Positions 39,591 through 53,640 of a DNA stretch of 64,000 bases are shown here, in pieces. Position numbers and translations under genes: made by a program. Every line of letters starts with the position of its first letter. Position 1 is the first letter of the stretch. Source of the stretch: Octopus vulgaris (taxonomy: Eukaryota); the NCBI GenBank assembly GCA_951406725.2, contig OX597814.1, positions 166,284,001 to 166,348,000 on the forward strand, written 5' to 3'. The notes beneath the pieces were generated by a model that saw only the letters and a program-made list of their open reading frames with translations, had not been told where the DNA came from and did not search any database.

Positions 39591-42500
39591 AATTCCTTAA
39601 CAAACCTACCATGATAAACCAAAACTCACAAAAACATATAATGATAAAATCTCCCTTTACTAAACTCTATAACATACCTATATAGCAATCCCCCTAACCT
39701 AAACATTCACACACAAATACACACACGTAAACCACACACCCACGACATATACAAATACCCACACCACTTACACATACCAATACATACATATAAACCTCAA
39801 CATATACTCCAAAAACCCACTCAACCCCACACAGACAAATAAACACAAAAATTATGAATGGATTCTTTTATAAAACTACCATGATAAGCTAAAACTCACA
39901 AAACAGAAATGATAAAACCTCCCTTTACTAAACACTATAACATACTTATATAGCAATCCCTTTAACCTATACATTCACACACAAAAACACACATGTAAAC
40001 CACACACCCATAACAAATACAAACACCCACCCCACTCACACACACCCACAAGTACATATAAGCCTCAACATATACACGAACAAAATTACTTTACCAAGGA
40101 ACTTAACATATGTATAAAAAGTATAACCGCTCTGGAAACGAACATCTCTAAATTAATGAATGGAGAAATGGAATAAATGGAATTAAAAATAATATTCACG
40201 TGGCAAAACGAACACCACTCAAAAATTATGAATTAAACAATGCAATAAAACAACCAACATCGAAAATAGACAAATTACCACGAATTCCCTAAAAAAACCC
40301 ATGATAAACCAAAACTCTTAAAAACATATAACGATAAAATCTCCCTTTGCTAAACTCTATAACAAACCTATATAGCAATCCCCCTAACCTAAACATTCAC
40401 ACACAAATACACACACGTAAACCACAGACCCACGACTTATACACATACCTATACTAACTTATAAACCTCAATATACACCAAAATCCACTCCCTCCACACA
40501 CAGACAAATTAACACATACATCCCAAAACCTAAATAACAAACCCATATACACATTCACACACAAACACACACACACGCAAAACACACACACACAACAGAT
40601 ACATATACTCCCTCACATATACGCATATACATACTCACTAAACTCGATATATACAACAATATTTACACACCCACACTCATACAGATAAATAAATTATACA
40701 ACTAAAAACTCACACACAATCTCATATACATAAACACTCCTATGAAAACAACATTAAATACATCGTAATTAACCAGAATATCAAAAATAACAATATGACA
40801 TAAGGATAAATAAAATACATACTTACAAGTCAGTTTCAAATTATAAAGTGAAATTAAATTCTTAGCCGTTAAAAAAATCAAACCAAAATTACGTTACCAT
40901 AGAAATAACTTATGTAAAAAAAGAATACGCGTCATGGAAAGTAAACGTCATTTAAAATTATGAATGGAGAAAAAGAATAAATGGAACTAAAAACTATATC
41001 CACGTGGCAAACCAACACTACTTAAAAAAATTTATTATGAATGGATTCTTTAAAAAACTACCATGAAAAATCATTATATACATTTATGAGCTTTAGCTCA
41101 CCTTAGCAGCTCTAACAAACAACTTGCAGCAACCCAAACCTATTCTCGATGCCTACCTCACTACTACACTATTCCACTCACAATTCCAAGCAACGCTAGT
41201 CCACCACCCGGTTACAATTCCCAACTCCACCCATTCATTCACAATTTCAACGACGTTCGCCTCCACAGCGCTACATATAAGCCTCAACATATACACCGGA
41301 GATTCACATCCGTGCGAATGGGTGAGAGTAATTCCTTAACAAACCTACCAAGATAAACCAAAACTCACAAAACATATAATGATAAAATCTCCCTTTACTA
41401 AACTCTATAACATACCTATATAGCAATCCCCCTAACCTAAACATTCACACACAAATACACACACGTAAACCACACACCCACGACATATACAGATACCCAC
41501 ACCACTTACACATACCAATACATACATATAAACCTCAACATATACTCCAAAACCCACTCAACCCCACACATACAAATAAACACAAAAATTATGAATGGAT
41601 TCTTTTATAAAACTACCATGATAAGCTAAAACTCACAAAACAGAAATAATAAAACCTCCCTTACTAAACACTATAACATACTTATATAGCAATCCCTTTA
41701 ACCTATACATTCACACACAAAAAAAACACACTCGTAAACCACACACCCATAACAAATACAAACACCCACCCCACTCACACACACCCACAAGTACATATAA
41801 GCCTCAACATATACACGAACAAAATTACTTTACCAAGGAACTTAACATATGTATAAAAAGTATAACCGCTCTGGAAACGAACATCTCTAAATTAATGAAT
41901 GGAGAAATGGAATAAATGGAATTAAAAATAATATTCACGTGGCAAAACGAACACCACTCAAAAATTATGAATTAAACAATGCAATAAAACAACCAACATC
42001 GAAAATAGACAAATTACCACGAATTCCCTAAAAAAACCCATGATAAACCAAAACTCTTAAAAACATATAACGATAAAATCTCCCTTTGCTAAACTCTATA
42101 ACAAACCTATATAGCAATCCCCCTAACCTAAACATTCACACACAAATACACACACGTAAACCACAGACCCACGACTTATACACATACCTATACTAACTTA
42201 TAAACCTCAATATACACCAAAATCCACTCCCTCCACACACAGACAAATTAACACATACATCCCAAAACCTAAATAACAAACCCATATACACATTCACACA
42301 CAAACACACACACACGCAAAACACACACACACAACAGATACATATACTCCCTCACATATACGCATATACATACTCACTAAACTCGATATATACAACAATA
42401 TTTACACACCCACACTCATACAGATAAATAAATTATACAACTAAAAACTCACACACAATCTCATATACATAAACACTCCTATGAAAACAACATTAAATAC

Positions 42501-44812
42501 ATCGTAATTAACCAGAATATCAAAAATAACAATATGACATAAGGATAAATAAAATACATACTTACAAGTCAGTTTCAAATTATAAAGTGAAATTAAATTC
42601 TTAGCCGTTAAAAAAATCAAACCAAAATTACGTTACCATAGAAATAACTTATGTAAAAAAAGAATACGCGTCATGGAAAGTAAACGTCATTTAAAATTAT
42701 GAATGGAGAAAAAGAATAAATGGAACTAAAAACTATATCCACGTGGCAAACCAACACTACTTAAAAAAATTTATTATGAATGGATTCTTTAAAAAACTAC
42801 CATGAAAAATCATTATATACATTTATGAGCTTTAGCTCACCTTAGCAGCTCTAACAAACAACTTGCAGCAACCCAAACCTATTCTCGATGCCTACCTCAC
42901 TACTACACTATTCCACTCACAATTCCAAGCAACGCTAGTCCACCACCCGGTTACAATTCCCAACTCCACCCATTCATTCACAATTTCAACGACGTTCGCC
43001 TCCACAGCGCTACATATAAGCCTCAACATATACACCGGAGATTCACATCCGTGCGAATGGGTGAGAGTAATTCCTTAACAAACCTACCAAGATAAACCAA
43101 AACTCACAAAACATATAATGATAAAATCTCCCTTTACTAAACTCTATAACATACCTATATAGCAATCCCCCTAACCTAAACATTCACACACAAATACACA
43201 CACGTAAACCACACACCCACGACATATACAGATACCCACACCACTTACACATACCAATACATACATATAAACCTCAACATATACTCCAAAACCCACTCAA
43301 CCCCACACATACAAATAAACACAAAAATTATGAATGGATTCTTTTATAAAACTACCATGATAAGCTAAAACTCACAAAACAGAAATAATAAAACCTCCCT
43401 TACTAAACACTATAACATACTTATATAGCAATCCCTTTAACCTATACATTCACACACAAAAAAAACACACTCGTAAACCACACACCCATAACAAATACAA
43501 ACACCCACCCCACTCACACACACCCACAAGTACAAATAAGCCTCAACATATACACCAAACAAAATTACTTTACCAAGGAACTTAACATATGTATAAAAAA
43601 TATAACCGCTCTGGAAACGAACATCTCTAAATTAATGAATGGAGAAATGGAATAAATGGAATTAAAAATAATATTCACGTGGCAAAACGAACACCACTCA
43701 AAAATTATGAATGAAACAATGTAATAAAACAACCAACATCTAAAATAGACAAATTACCACGAATTCCCTAAAAAAACCATGATAAACCAAATCTCTTAAA
43801 ACCTATAACGATAAAATCTCCCTTTGCTAAACTCTATAACAAACCTATATAGCAATCCCCCTAACCTAAACATTCACACACAAATACACACACTTAAACC
43901 ACAGACCCACGACTTATACACATACCTATACTAACTTATAAACCTCAATATACACCAAAACCCACTCCCTCACCACACAGACAAATTAACACATACATCC
44001 CAAAACCTAAATAACAAACCCATATACACATTCACACACAAACACACACACACGCAAAACACACACACACAACAGATACATATACTCCCTCACATATACG
44101 CATATACATACTCACTAAACTCGATATATACAACAATATTTACACACCCACACTCATACAGATAAATAAATTATACAACTAAAAACTCACACACAATCTC
44201 ATATACATAAACACTCCTATGAAAACAACATTAAATACATCGTAATTAACCAGAATATCAAAAATAACAATATGACATAAGGATAAATAAAAAACATACT
44301 TACAAGTCAGTTTCAAATTATGAAGTGAAATTAAATTCTTAGCCGTTAAAAAAAACCAAACCAAAATTACGTTACCATAGAAATAACTTATGTAAAAAAA
44401 GAATACGCGCCATAGAAAGTAAACGTCATTTAAAATTATGAATGGAGAAAAAGAATAAATGGAACTAAAAACTACATCCACGTGGCAAACCAACACTACT
44501 TAAAAAAATTTATTATGAATGGATTCTTTAAAAAAACTACCATGAAAAATCATTATATACATTTATGAGCTTTAGCTCACCTTAGCAGCTCTAACAAACA
44601 ACTTGCAGCAACCCAACCCATACTCGATGCCTACCTCACTACTACACTATTCCACTCACAATTCCAAGCAACGCTAGTCCACCACCCGGTTACAATTCCC
44701 AACTCCACCCATTCATTCACAATTTCAACGACGTTCGCCTCCACAGCGCTACATATAAGCCTCAACATATACACCGGAGATTCACTTTCACATCCGTGCG
44801 GATGGGTGAGAG
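39591..44812. repeat. Three ~1739-bp tandem units of C/A-rich sequence with internal ~0.3-0.4-kb subrepeats (two mirrored units at ~49519-53000)
   Basis: Unit starts aattccttaacaaacctacc at 39591, 41330 and 43069; identical ORFs at 41124 and 42863. Confidence 0.9.
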
Positions 44813-45309
44813 TATACATTGAGTGTAGTGATAGGGCTCTCATTACTATACACATTTGTACCTGTGTGGTAGTCTCCATGTGTATATTCACGCACGGGTA
44901 TAAATACAGGGGGTACACGCGCACGTCATTAGAGTGTACCCCCTCACATGTACATATGCATGCTATTTGGGCTCGATATATGCAACAATGTAATCGCGCC
45001 CGCATACATGCATATGGGCGAGTTGCACAATCAAAAAACGCACACATGTGTGTGTGCGTTCCCTGGTTGTGCAATTCACCCATCTTGGTGTGAGTGGGTG
45101 TAAACGTATCTCTGTGGATGTCAAGCTTGATACGTATGTATATGAGTGTGTATTGGGGGGTTGTACGTATTTATTGTATGCATGTGCTTCACGCACGTGC
45201 GTCCATGTATGGATGAATATATTGGGATTGCTATGTGGGTGTAAATTGGGTATGGAGTGGGGAGTTTTGTCATTGTATGGGTGTAGGTTTCATATGTGAT
45301 GGTGGTTAG

Positions 45310-47648
45310 TTGGTAATTTTTGGTATGTTCTGTATATTTGGGTTAGTTATGTATTATTCTAGTAAAGAATTACAATTACTTGAAGATAGTATATGGAAGG
45401 TGGTAAAAAATATTGAATTCCATAAATACCCTAATAGAAATAATGAATATTTAAGGAATTTAGCAATTAAAATTAAAGATATGAGAAATATGGATGGTAT
45501 TATAGTACAATCTGATAAAACAAGGAACTTATATAAATTAGATGTTAAATTATATGATAAACTATTAGGGAAAGAAATAATTAAAAAATATAAAATTGTT
45601 CCAGATGATATTCTTTATAATATTAATAAGGCCTCTAAAGTAGTAATGTTAAAATATGAGTTGGATAATAAAACTGAACCTTATGTACCTTTGCACCCCA
45701 GAATTACTCTTAAAGACCATAAAGATAATTTTTATTCAGACCCTAAAGTTAGATTAATTTGCCCATGTAAATCGGACCTAGGTAAATTAAGTAAATTTAT
45801 TTTAGATAAATATATTGATAAGTTAAATAAACTTAATTATTTAAAATTATGGTTTAGTAATAATAATACATTGAAATGGTTTAATAATATTAAAGATAAA
45901 AATCGTTATAAATTTATTCAAATAGATATAGATAATTATTATTCTTCTATTAATGAAATTGTGTTTAATAAAGCGCTTATTTTCGCAATGAATAAAGTGG
46001 GTATGTCACGGGAAGAAGTTAATGTAATTAAAATGGCTAGGAAATCGCTAATTAAATATAAAAATAAATTATGGGCTAGGAATGATACTAGAGATTGTTT
46101 TGATATACTTATGGGAGCACCAGATTCTGCACAGGCTACTGATTTAGTAGGTATTTTTCTTTTATCTGAACTCCAATTAGAAAATCTTAAGATAGAGGGT
46201 GGTTTATATAGAGACGATCTTCTACTAGTTACAAAGAATTGTACTAATAGGAATCTAGAAGTATATAAGAAAAAATTATATAGTTTCTTTAAAAGATATG
46301 GTTTAAGTATTACTATATATAAGGAGAATTATAATGTTAATTATTTAGATGTTAATTTTAATCTTATTACAGGTAAAACACAACCATATCATAAACTTAA
46401 TGAGAACCTTAGATATATAAATGTTAATAGTAATCACCCATTTTCTATTAAAAAATCGTTGATTAATAATATAAGTAAACGTATTTCATTACTCTCTTAT
46501 GATATAGAGATTTTTAATAAACATGCTAAATATTATAATGAGGCCCTTAGAGGGGCAGGTTATAATAGGAATATTAAATTTTATAATATTAGTGATAAAG
46601 ATTTAATTGTTAATTTTCGAGATACTTCTAATAATAATTATAATTTTGTTAGGTTTAGTGGTAAAAATAATAGATATTATAAAAAAAATAATAAAAATGA
46701 TAAAAATATAAATAAGAATAATAATAATAATAATAAATATAATAATAATAATATAAATAAGAATAATAAAAATAAAAATAAATTTAATAATTATTATAAT
46801 TATATTGATAAATTTAATAATATTAATAATTCCTTAAATGCTGTACATAGATATAATTCTGATAATAATTTTAATAAAATAAAGAATTATAAATATATTT
46901 ATAATAATGATAATAATAATAAGGTTAATAAGAATAAAATTTGGTTAATAGTTCCTTATGGAGATCAAGTAAAAACGAATATTATTAAAGAGATCTTAGA
47001 TGTTATAGAACTATTTATTAGAGATAATCGTAAATATAGAAACATTTTCTCTTTTAATAATTTTGGAGTTGGTTACTCTACCACTAATAATGTTGGTAAC
47101 ATTATTTCTTCATTTAATAAATATAAACTGAATAATTTTTATAAAAAAAGAAATTATTTGATAATAATATTAATAATGATAAGACTTATATTAATTGTAC
47201 ATGTAGAGATAAATCTAATTGTATATTAAACAATAATTGTGATATTAACGATGTAGTGTATAAATGTATAGTTAAATTACATGATAATAACTTTAAGAAT
47301 AATAATTACACAAAAGCGGTTTATATAGGTTCTACTTCCTCAAAAATAAAACTAAGAATCGCACAACATATGAATTCTTTTAAAAATAAAAACTTAATCA
47401 ACTCAACCGGACTTAGTAAGTACATTTGGAGTCTTAAATCACTAAATATTAATTATAGTTTAATTTGGGAAATAATTTGTAAAACTAAATCATATACTAT
47501 AGGAGCTAATTGTTGTTATTTATGCTCTAATGAGTTTAAAGAAATTTTATTTTATAAGTATGATAATTTACTTAATACTGGTGAAGAGCGCAAAATAAAA
47601 TGCAGACATAAGTTACTTTACCTATATAATAAGTTTCATGATAAATAG
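45310..47648 (+). CDS. Penelope-like RT plus C-terminal GIY-YIG endonuclease, split by one frameshift at ~47143-47149 (likely start ATG 45349)
   Basis: RT motifs SDKTRNLY, ITLKDHK..KVRLICPCKSDLGKLSK, FIQIDIDNYYSSI, MGAPDSAQ, GLYRDD, VNYLDVNF, YINVNSNHP. The -1 frame continues CTCRDKSNCILNNNC..VVYKC..VYIGST..RIAQH..CYLC..LLN..CRH. Confidence 0.9.
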
Positions 47649-48291
47649 CAATAATAGTTCCCTTTTAGGTTACTTTAGTTTAGTTTAAATTAGTTTAGAT
47701 AATATATTTTAGGTTATGTTGTCTAGGATTTATTTATAGTTAGTCTTTATTGATATTTCTTTGTTTTAATTAGTTCATTTTTAATGTATATTATTTTAAC
47801 AGTATATGGTATGTTAAAACTTTAATAATTTATATTAGATTTTTTATTTTCTTTCTTTATATATTTTTTTATTTTTTTATTTTTATTTTATTTTATTATG
47901 TATTTTTATAATGCATTTGCTATATGTATTTTGGAGGATATATTTATATGTTGATGGGTGTTATTTAGTGGTGTTTTTATTGAGTTTTGTATGTATGTGT
48001 GAATGTTTATGATCCCTTTGTTTTTTGTTTTTTTATTTGGTATGTTGAATGGCAGATTTTTGGGTATTGTCTGTTATAATAAAGTACACACACCCATAAC
48101 AAATATAAGTGCCCACTTCATTCGTTGTACCAGGAATTGCATGTGAGCCTCAACATATACACCTAACGGCCACTCCCGCCCCATATGGATAAATAAACAC
48201 ATACATCCCCAATAATGGGTAATCCCACTCACACAAATCATATGTATACAATTATACACACTAGAATAATACATAACTAACCCAAATATAC

Positions 48292-49021
48292 AGCCATTTT
48301 AATTACATTAACTTCTTCCCGTGACATACCCACTTTATTCATTGCGAAAATAAGCGCTTTATTAAACACAATTTCATTTAATAGAAGAATAATAATTATC
48401 TATATCTATTTGAATAAATTTATAACGATTTTTATCTTTAATATTATTAAACCATTTCAATGTATTATTATTACTAAACCATAATTTTAAATAATTAAGT
48501 TTATTTAACTTATCAATATATTTATCTAAAATAAATTTACTTAATTTACCTAGGTCCGATTTACATGGGCAAATTAATCTAACTTTAGGGTCTGAATAAA
48601 AATTATCTTTATGGTCTTTAAGAGTAATTCTGGGGTGCAAAGGTACATAAGGTTCAGTTTTATTATCCAACTCATATTTTAACATTACTACTTTAGAGGC
48701 CTTATTAATATTATAAAGAATATCATCTGGAACAATTTTATATTTTTTAATTATTTCTTTCCCTAATAGTTTATCATATAATTTAACATCTAATTTATAT
48801 AAGTTCCTTGTTTTATCAGATTGTACTATAATACCATCCATATTTCTCATATCTTTAATTTTAATTGCTAAATTCCTTAAATATTCATTATTTCTATTAG
48901 GGTATTTATGGAATTCAATATTTTTTACCACCTTCCATATACTATCTTCAAGTAATTGTAATTCTTTACTAGAATAATACATAACTAACCCAAATATACA
49001 GAACATACCAAAAATTACCAA
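48292..49021 (-). pseudogene. Inverted, truncated copy of the 5' part of the Penelope-like ORF
   Basis: Matches the N-terminus of the 45310 ORF until a 1-bp insertion near 48376; truncated at 48292. Confidence 0.85.
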
Positions 49022-52000
49022 CTAACCACCATCACATATGAAACCTACACCCATACAATGACAAAACTCCCCACTCCATACCCAATTTACACCCACATAG
49101 CAATCCCAATATATTCATCCATACATGGACGCACGTGCGTGAAGCACATGCATACAATAAATACGTACAACCCCCCAATACACACTCATATACATACGTA
49201 TCAAGCTTGACATCCACAGAGATACGTTTACACCCACTCACACCAAGATGGGTGAATTGCACAACCAGGGAACGCACACACACATGTGTGCGTTTTTTGA
49301 TTGTGCAACTCGCCCATATGCATGTATGCGGGCGCGATTACATTGTTGCATATATCGAGCCCAAATAGCATGCATATGTACATGTGAGGGGGTACACTCT
49401 AATGACGTGCGCGTGTACCCCCTGTATTTATACCCGTGCGTGAATATACACATGGAGACTACCACACAGGTACAAATGTGTATAGTAATGAGAGCCCTAT
49501 CACTACACTCAATGTATACTCTCACCCATCCGCACGGATGTGAAAGTGAATCTCCGGTGTATATGTTGAGGCTTATATGTAGCGCTGTGGAGGCGAACGT
49601 CGTTGAAATTGTGAATGAATGGGTGGAGTTGGGAATTGTAACCGGGTGGTGGACTAGCGTTGCTTGGAATTGTGAGTGGAATAGTGTAGTAGTGAGGTAG
49701 GCATCGAGTATGGGTTGGGTTGCTGCAAGTTGTTTGTTAGAGCTGCTAAGGTGAGCTAAAGCTCATAAATGTATATAATGATTTTTCATGGTAGTTTTTT
49801 TAAAGAATCCATTCATAATAAATTTTTTTAAGTAGTGTTGGTTTGCCACGTGGATGTAGTTTTTAGTTCCATTTATTCTTTTTCTCCATTCATAATTTTA
49901 AATGACGTTTACTTTCTATGGCGCGTATTCTTTTTTTACATAAGTTATTTCTATGGTAACGTAATTTTGGTTTGGTTTTTTTTAACGGCTAAGAATTTAA
50001 TTTCACTTCATAATTTGAAACTGACTTGTAAGTATGTTTTTTATTTATCCTTATGTCATATTGTTATTTTTGATATTCTGGTTAATTACGATGTATTTAA
50101 TGTTGTTTTCATAGGAGTGTTTATGTATATGAGATTGTGTGTGAGTTTTTAGTTGTATAATTTATTTATCTGTATGAGTGTGGGTGTGTAAATATTGTTG
50201 TATATATCGAGTTTAGTGAGTATGTATATGCGTATATGTGAGGGAGTATATGTATCTGTTGTGTGTGTGTGTTTTGCGTGTGTGTGTGTTTGTGTGTGAA
50301 TGTGTATATGGGTTTGTTATTTAGGTTTTGGGATGTATGTGTTAATTTGTCTGTGTGGTGAGGGAGTGGGTTTTGGTGTATATTGAGGTTTATAAGTTAG
50401 TATAGGTATGTGTATAAGTCGTGGGTCTGTGGTTTAAGTGTGTGTATTTGTGTGTGAATGTTTAGGTTAGGGGGATTGCTATATAGGTTTGTTATAGAGT
50501 TTAGCAAAGGGAGATTTTATCGTTATAGGTTTTAAGAGATTTGGTTTATCATGGTTTTTTTAGGGAATTCGTGGTAATTTGTCTATTTTAGATGTTGGTT
50601 GTTTTATTACATTGTTTCATTCATAATTTTTGAGTGGTGTTCGTTTTGCCACGTGAATATTATTTTTAATTCCATTTATTCCATTTCTCCATTCATTAAT
50701 TTAGAGATGTTCGTTTCCAGAGCGGTTATATTTTTTATACATATGTTAAGTTCCTTGGTAAAGTAATTTTGTTTGGTGTATATGTTGAGGCTTATTTGTA
50801 CTTGTGGGTGTGTGTGAGTGGGGTGGGTGTTTGTATTTGTTATGGGTGTGTGGTTTACGAGTGTGTTTTTTTTGTGTGTGAATGTATAGGTTAAAGGGAT
50901 TGCTATATAAGTATGTTATAGTGTTTAGTAAGGGAGGTTTTATTATTTCTGTTTTGTGAGTTTTAGCTTATCATGGTAGTTTTATAAAAGAATCCATTCA
51001 TAATTTTTGTGTTTATTTGTATGTGTGGGGTTGAGTGGGTTTTGGAGTATATGTTGAGGTTTATATGTATGTATTGGTATGTGTAAGTGGTGTGGGTATC
51101 TGTATATGTCGTGGGTGTGTGGTTTACGTGTGTGTATTTGTGTGTGAATGTTTAGGTTAGGGGGATTGCTATATAGGTATGTTATAGAGTTTAGTAAAGG
51201 GAGATTTTATCATTATATGTTTTGTGAGTTTTGGTTTATCTTGGTAGGTTTGTTAAGGAATTACTCTCACCCATTCGCACGGATGTGAATCTCCGGTGTA
51301 TATGTTGAGGCTTATATGTAGCGCTGTGGAGGCGAACGTCGTTGAAATTGTGAATGAATGGGTGGAGTTGGGAATTGTAACCGGGTGGTGGACTAGCGTT
51401 GCTTGGAATTGTGAGTGGAATAGTGTAGTAGTGAGGTAGGCATCGAGAATAGGTTTGGGTTGCTGCAAGTTGTTTGTTAGAGCTGCTAAGGTGAGCTAAA
51501 GCTCATAAATGTATATAATGATTTTTCATGGTAGTTTTTTAAAGAATCCATTCATAATAAATTTTTTTAAGTAGTGTTGGTTTGCCACGTGGATATAGTT
51601 TTTAGTTCCATTTATTCTTTTTCTCCATTCATAATTTTAAATGACGTTTACTTTCCATGACGCGTATTCTTTTTTTACATAAGTTATTTCTATGGTAACG
51701 TAATTTTGGTTTGATTTTTTTAACGGCTAAGAATTTAATTTCACTTTATAATTTGAAACTGACTTGTAAGTATGTATTTTATTTATCCTTATGTCATATT
51801 GTTATTTTTGATATTCTGGTTAATTACGATGTATTTAATGTTGTTTTCATAGGAGTGTTTATGTATATGAGATTGTGTGTGAGTTTTTAGTTGTATAATT
51901 TATTTATCTGTATGAGTGTGGGTGTGTAAATATTGTTGTATATATCGAGTTTAGTGAGTATGTATATGCGTATATGTGAGGGAGTATATGTATCTGTTGT

Positions 52001-53597
52001 GTGTGTGTGTTTTGCGTGTGTGTGTGTTTGTGTGTGAATGTGTATATGGGTTTGTTATTTAGGTTTTGGGATGTATGTGTTAATTTGTCTGTGTGTGGAG
52101 GGAGTGGATTTTGGTGTATATTGAGGTTTATAAGTTAGTATAGGTATGTGTATAAGTCGTGGGTCTGTGGTTTACGTGTGTGTATTTGTGTGTGAATGTT
52201 TAGGTTAGGGGGATTGCTATATAGGTTTGTTATAGAGTTTAGCAAAGGGAGATTTTATCGTTATATGTTTTTAAGAGTTTTGGTTTATCATGGGTTTTTT
52301 TAGGGAATTCGTGGTAATTTGTCTATTTTCGATGTTGGTTGTTTTATTGCATTGTTTAATTCATAATTTTTGAGTGGTGTTCGTTTTGCCACGTGAATAT
52401 TATTTTTAATTCCATTTATTCCATTTCTCCATTCATTAATTTAGAGATGTTCGTTTCCAGAGCGGTTATACTTTTTATACATATGTTAAGTTCCTTGGTA
52501 AAGTAATTTTGTTCGTGTATATGTTGAGGCTTATATGTACTTGTGGGTGTGTGTGAGTGGGGTGGGTGTTTGTATTTGTTATGGGTGTGTGGTTTACATG
52601 TGTGTTTTTGTGTGTGAATGTATAGGTTAAAGGGATTGCTATATAAGTATGTTATAGTGTTTAGTAAAGGGAGGTTTTATCATTTCTGTTTTGTGAGTTT
52701 TAGCTTATCATGGTAGTTTTATAAAAGAATCCATTCATAATTTTTGTGTTTATTTGTCTGTGTGGGGTTGAGTGGGTTTTTGGAGTATATGTTGAGGTTT
52801 ATATGTATGTATTGGTATGTGTAAGTGGTGTGGGTATTTGTATATGTCGTGGGTGTGTGGTTTACGTGTGTGTATTTGTGTGTGAATGTTTAGGTTAGGG
52901 GGATTGCTATATAGGTATGTTATAGAGTTTAGTAAAGGGAGATTTTATCATTATATGTTTTTGTGAGTTTTGGTTTATCATGGTAGGTTTGTTAAGGAAT
53001 TCGTAGTAATTTGTGTATATTTGCGATGTCTGTTGTTTTATTGCATTGTTTCATTCATAATTTTTAAGTAGTGTTCGTTTTACCAAGTGAATATAATTTT
53101 TAATTCCATTTATTCCATTTCTCCGTTCATAATTTTGAGTGATGTCCGTTTTCTAGAGCGTGAATGTGGGTTGTATGTGTGTGTGTGTGGGAGTATGAAT
53201 AAGTATTGTGTTGAAGTATTTAGCTATTTTATTTATTTATAGTTGCCTAGACGTTTTTATGTGTATGTATAGGGATATATATATAGGTGTGTGGTTTAGT
53301 GTATGTAGTTAGATATGGTTATATATAATTAGGTATATGTGTATGGGTGTATATATAGTTTATTATTATATTATTATTATTTTTTTGTTTTGTTTTATAT
53401 TTTATATTTTATATTTTATATTTTATATTTAATTGTTGATAGGTTTATTTTAGTTTATATATTGTTTATATATTGATTATATATGGATTATATATAGGTT
53501 ATATATGGATTATATATTTATATTTTTTCATTCATACTTTAATTATTTTAAAATTATTATTTGTATATTTTAAAATATTGATATTTTAGATTGAAGT

Positions 53598-53640
53598 CCA
53601 CCTGAAGATTGTCGATCAAGACAAGAAACGATTGTAGTGG
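53598..53640 (+). ncRNA. Minimal type I hammerhead ribozyme, right terminus
   Basis: CCAC CTGAAGA TTGTC-gatcaa-GACAA GAAAC gatt GTA GTGG: 4-bp stem I, 5-bp stem II, short near-palindromic stem III, GUA cleavage triplet, ~95 bp from (TA)n. Confidence 0.82.

Noticed and set aside
39591-44812. Regularly spaced repeats as a possible CRISPR-like array
   Set aside because: The intervening sequence is itself repeated, units are hundreds of bp long, there are no cas genes and the context is eukaryotic.
41124-45299. Repeated short ORFs in the palindrome arms (MQQPKP.., MGELHN.., MRVYIE..)
   Set aside because: They recur only because the DNA is duplicated; no recognisable domains, and the composition is skewed.
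47140-47152. Programmed -1 frameshift joining RT and GIY-YIG
   Set aside because: The A-AAA-AAG heptamer is not in the zero frame, no stimulatory structure is evident, and these elements normally have one ORF; an indel or sequencing error is simpler.
45310-47648. Telomerase RT, group II intron or AT-rich parasite contamination
   Set aside because: The C-terminal GIY-YIG, terminal hammerheads and a related copy at 35.9-36.7 kb among host SINEs indicate an endogenous Penelope-like element.
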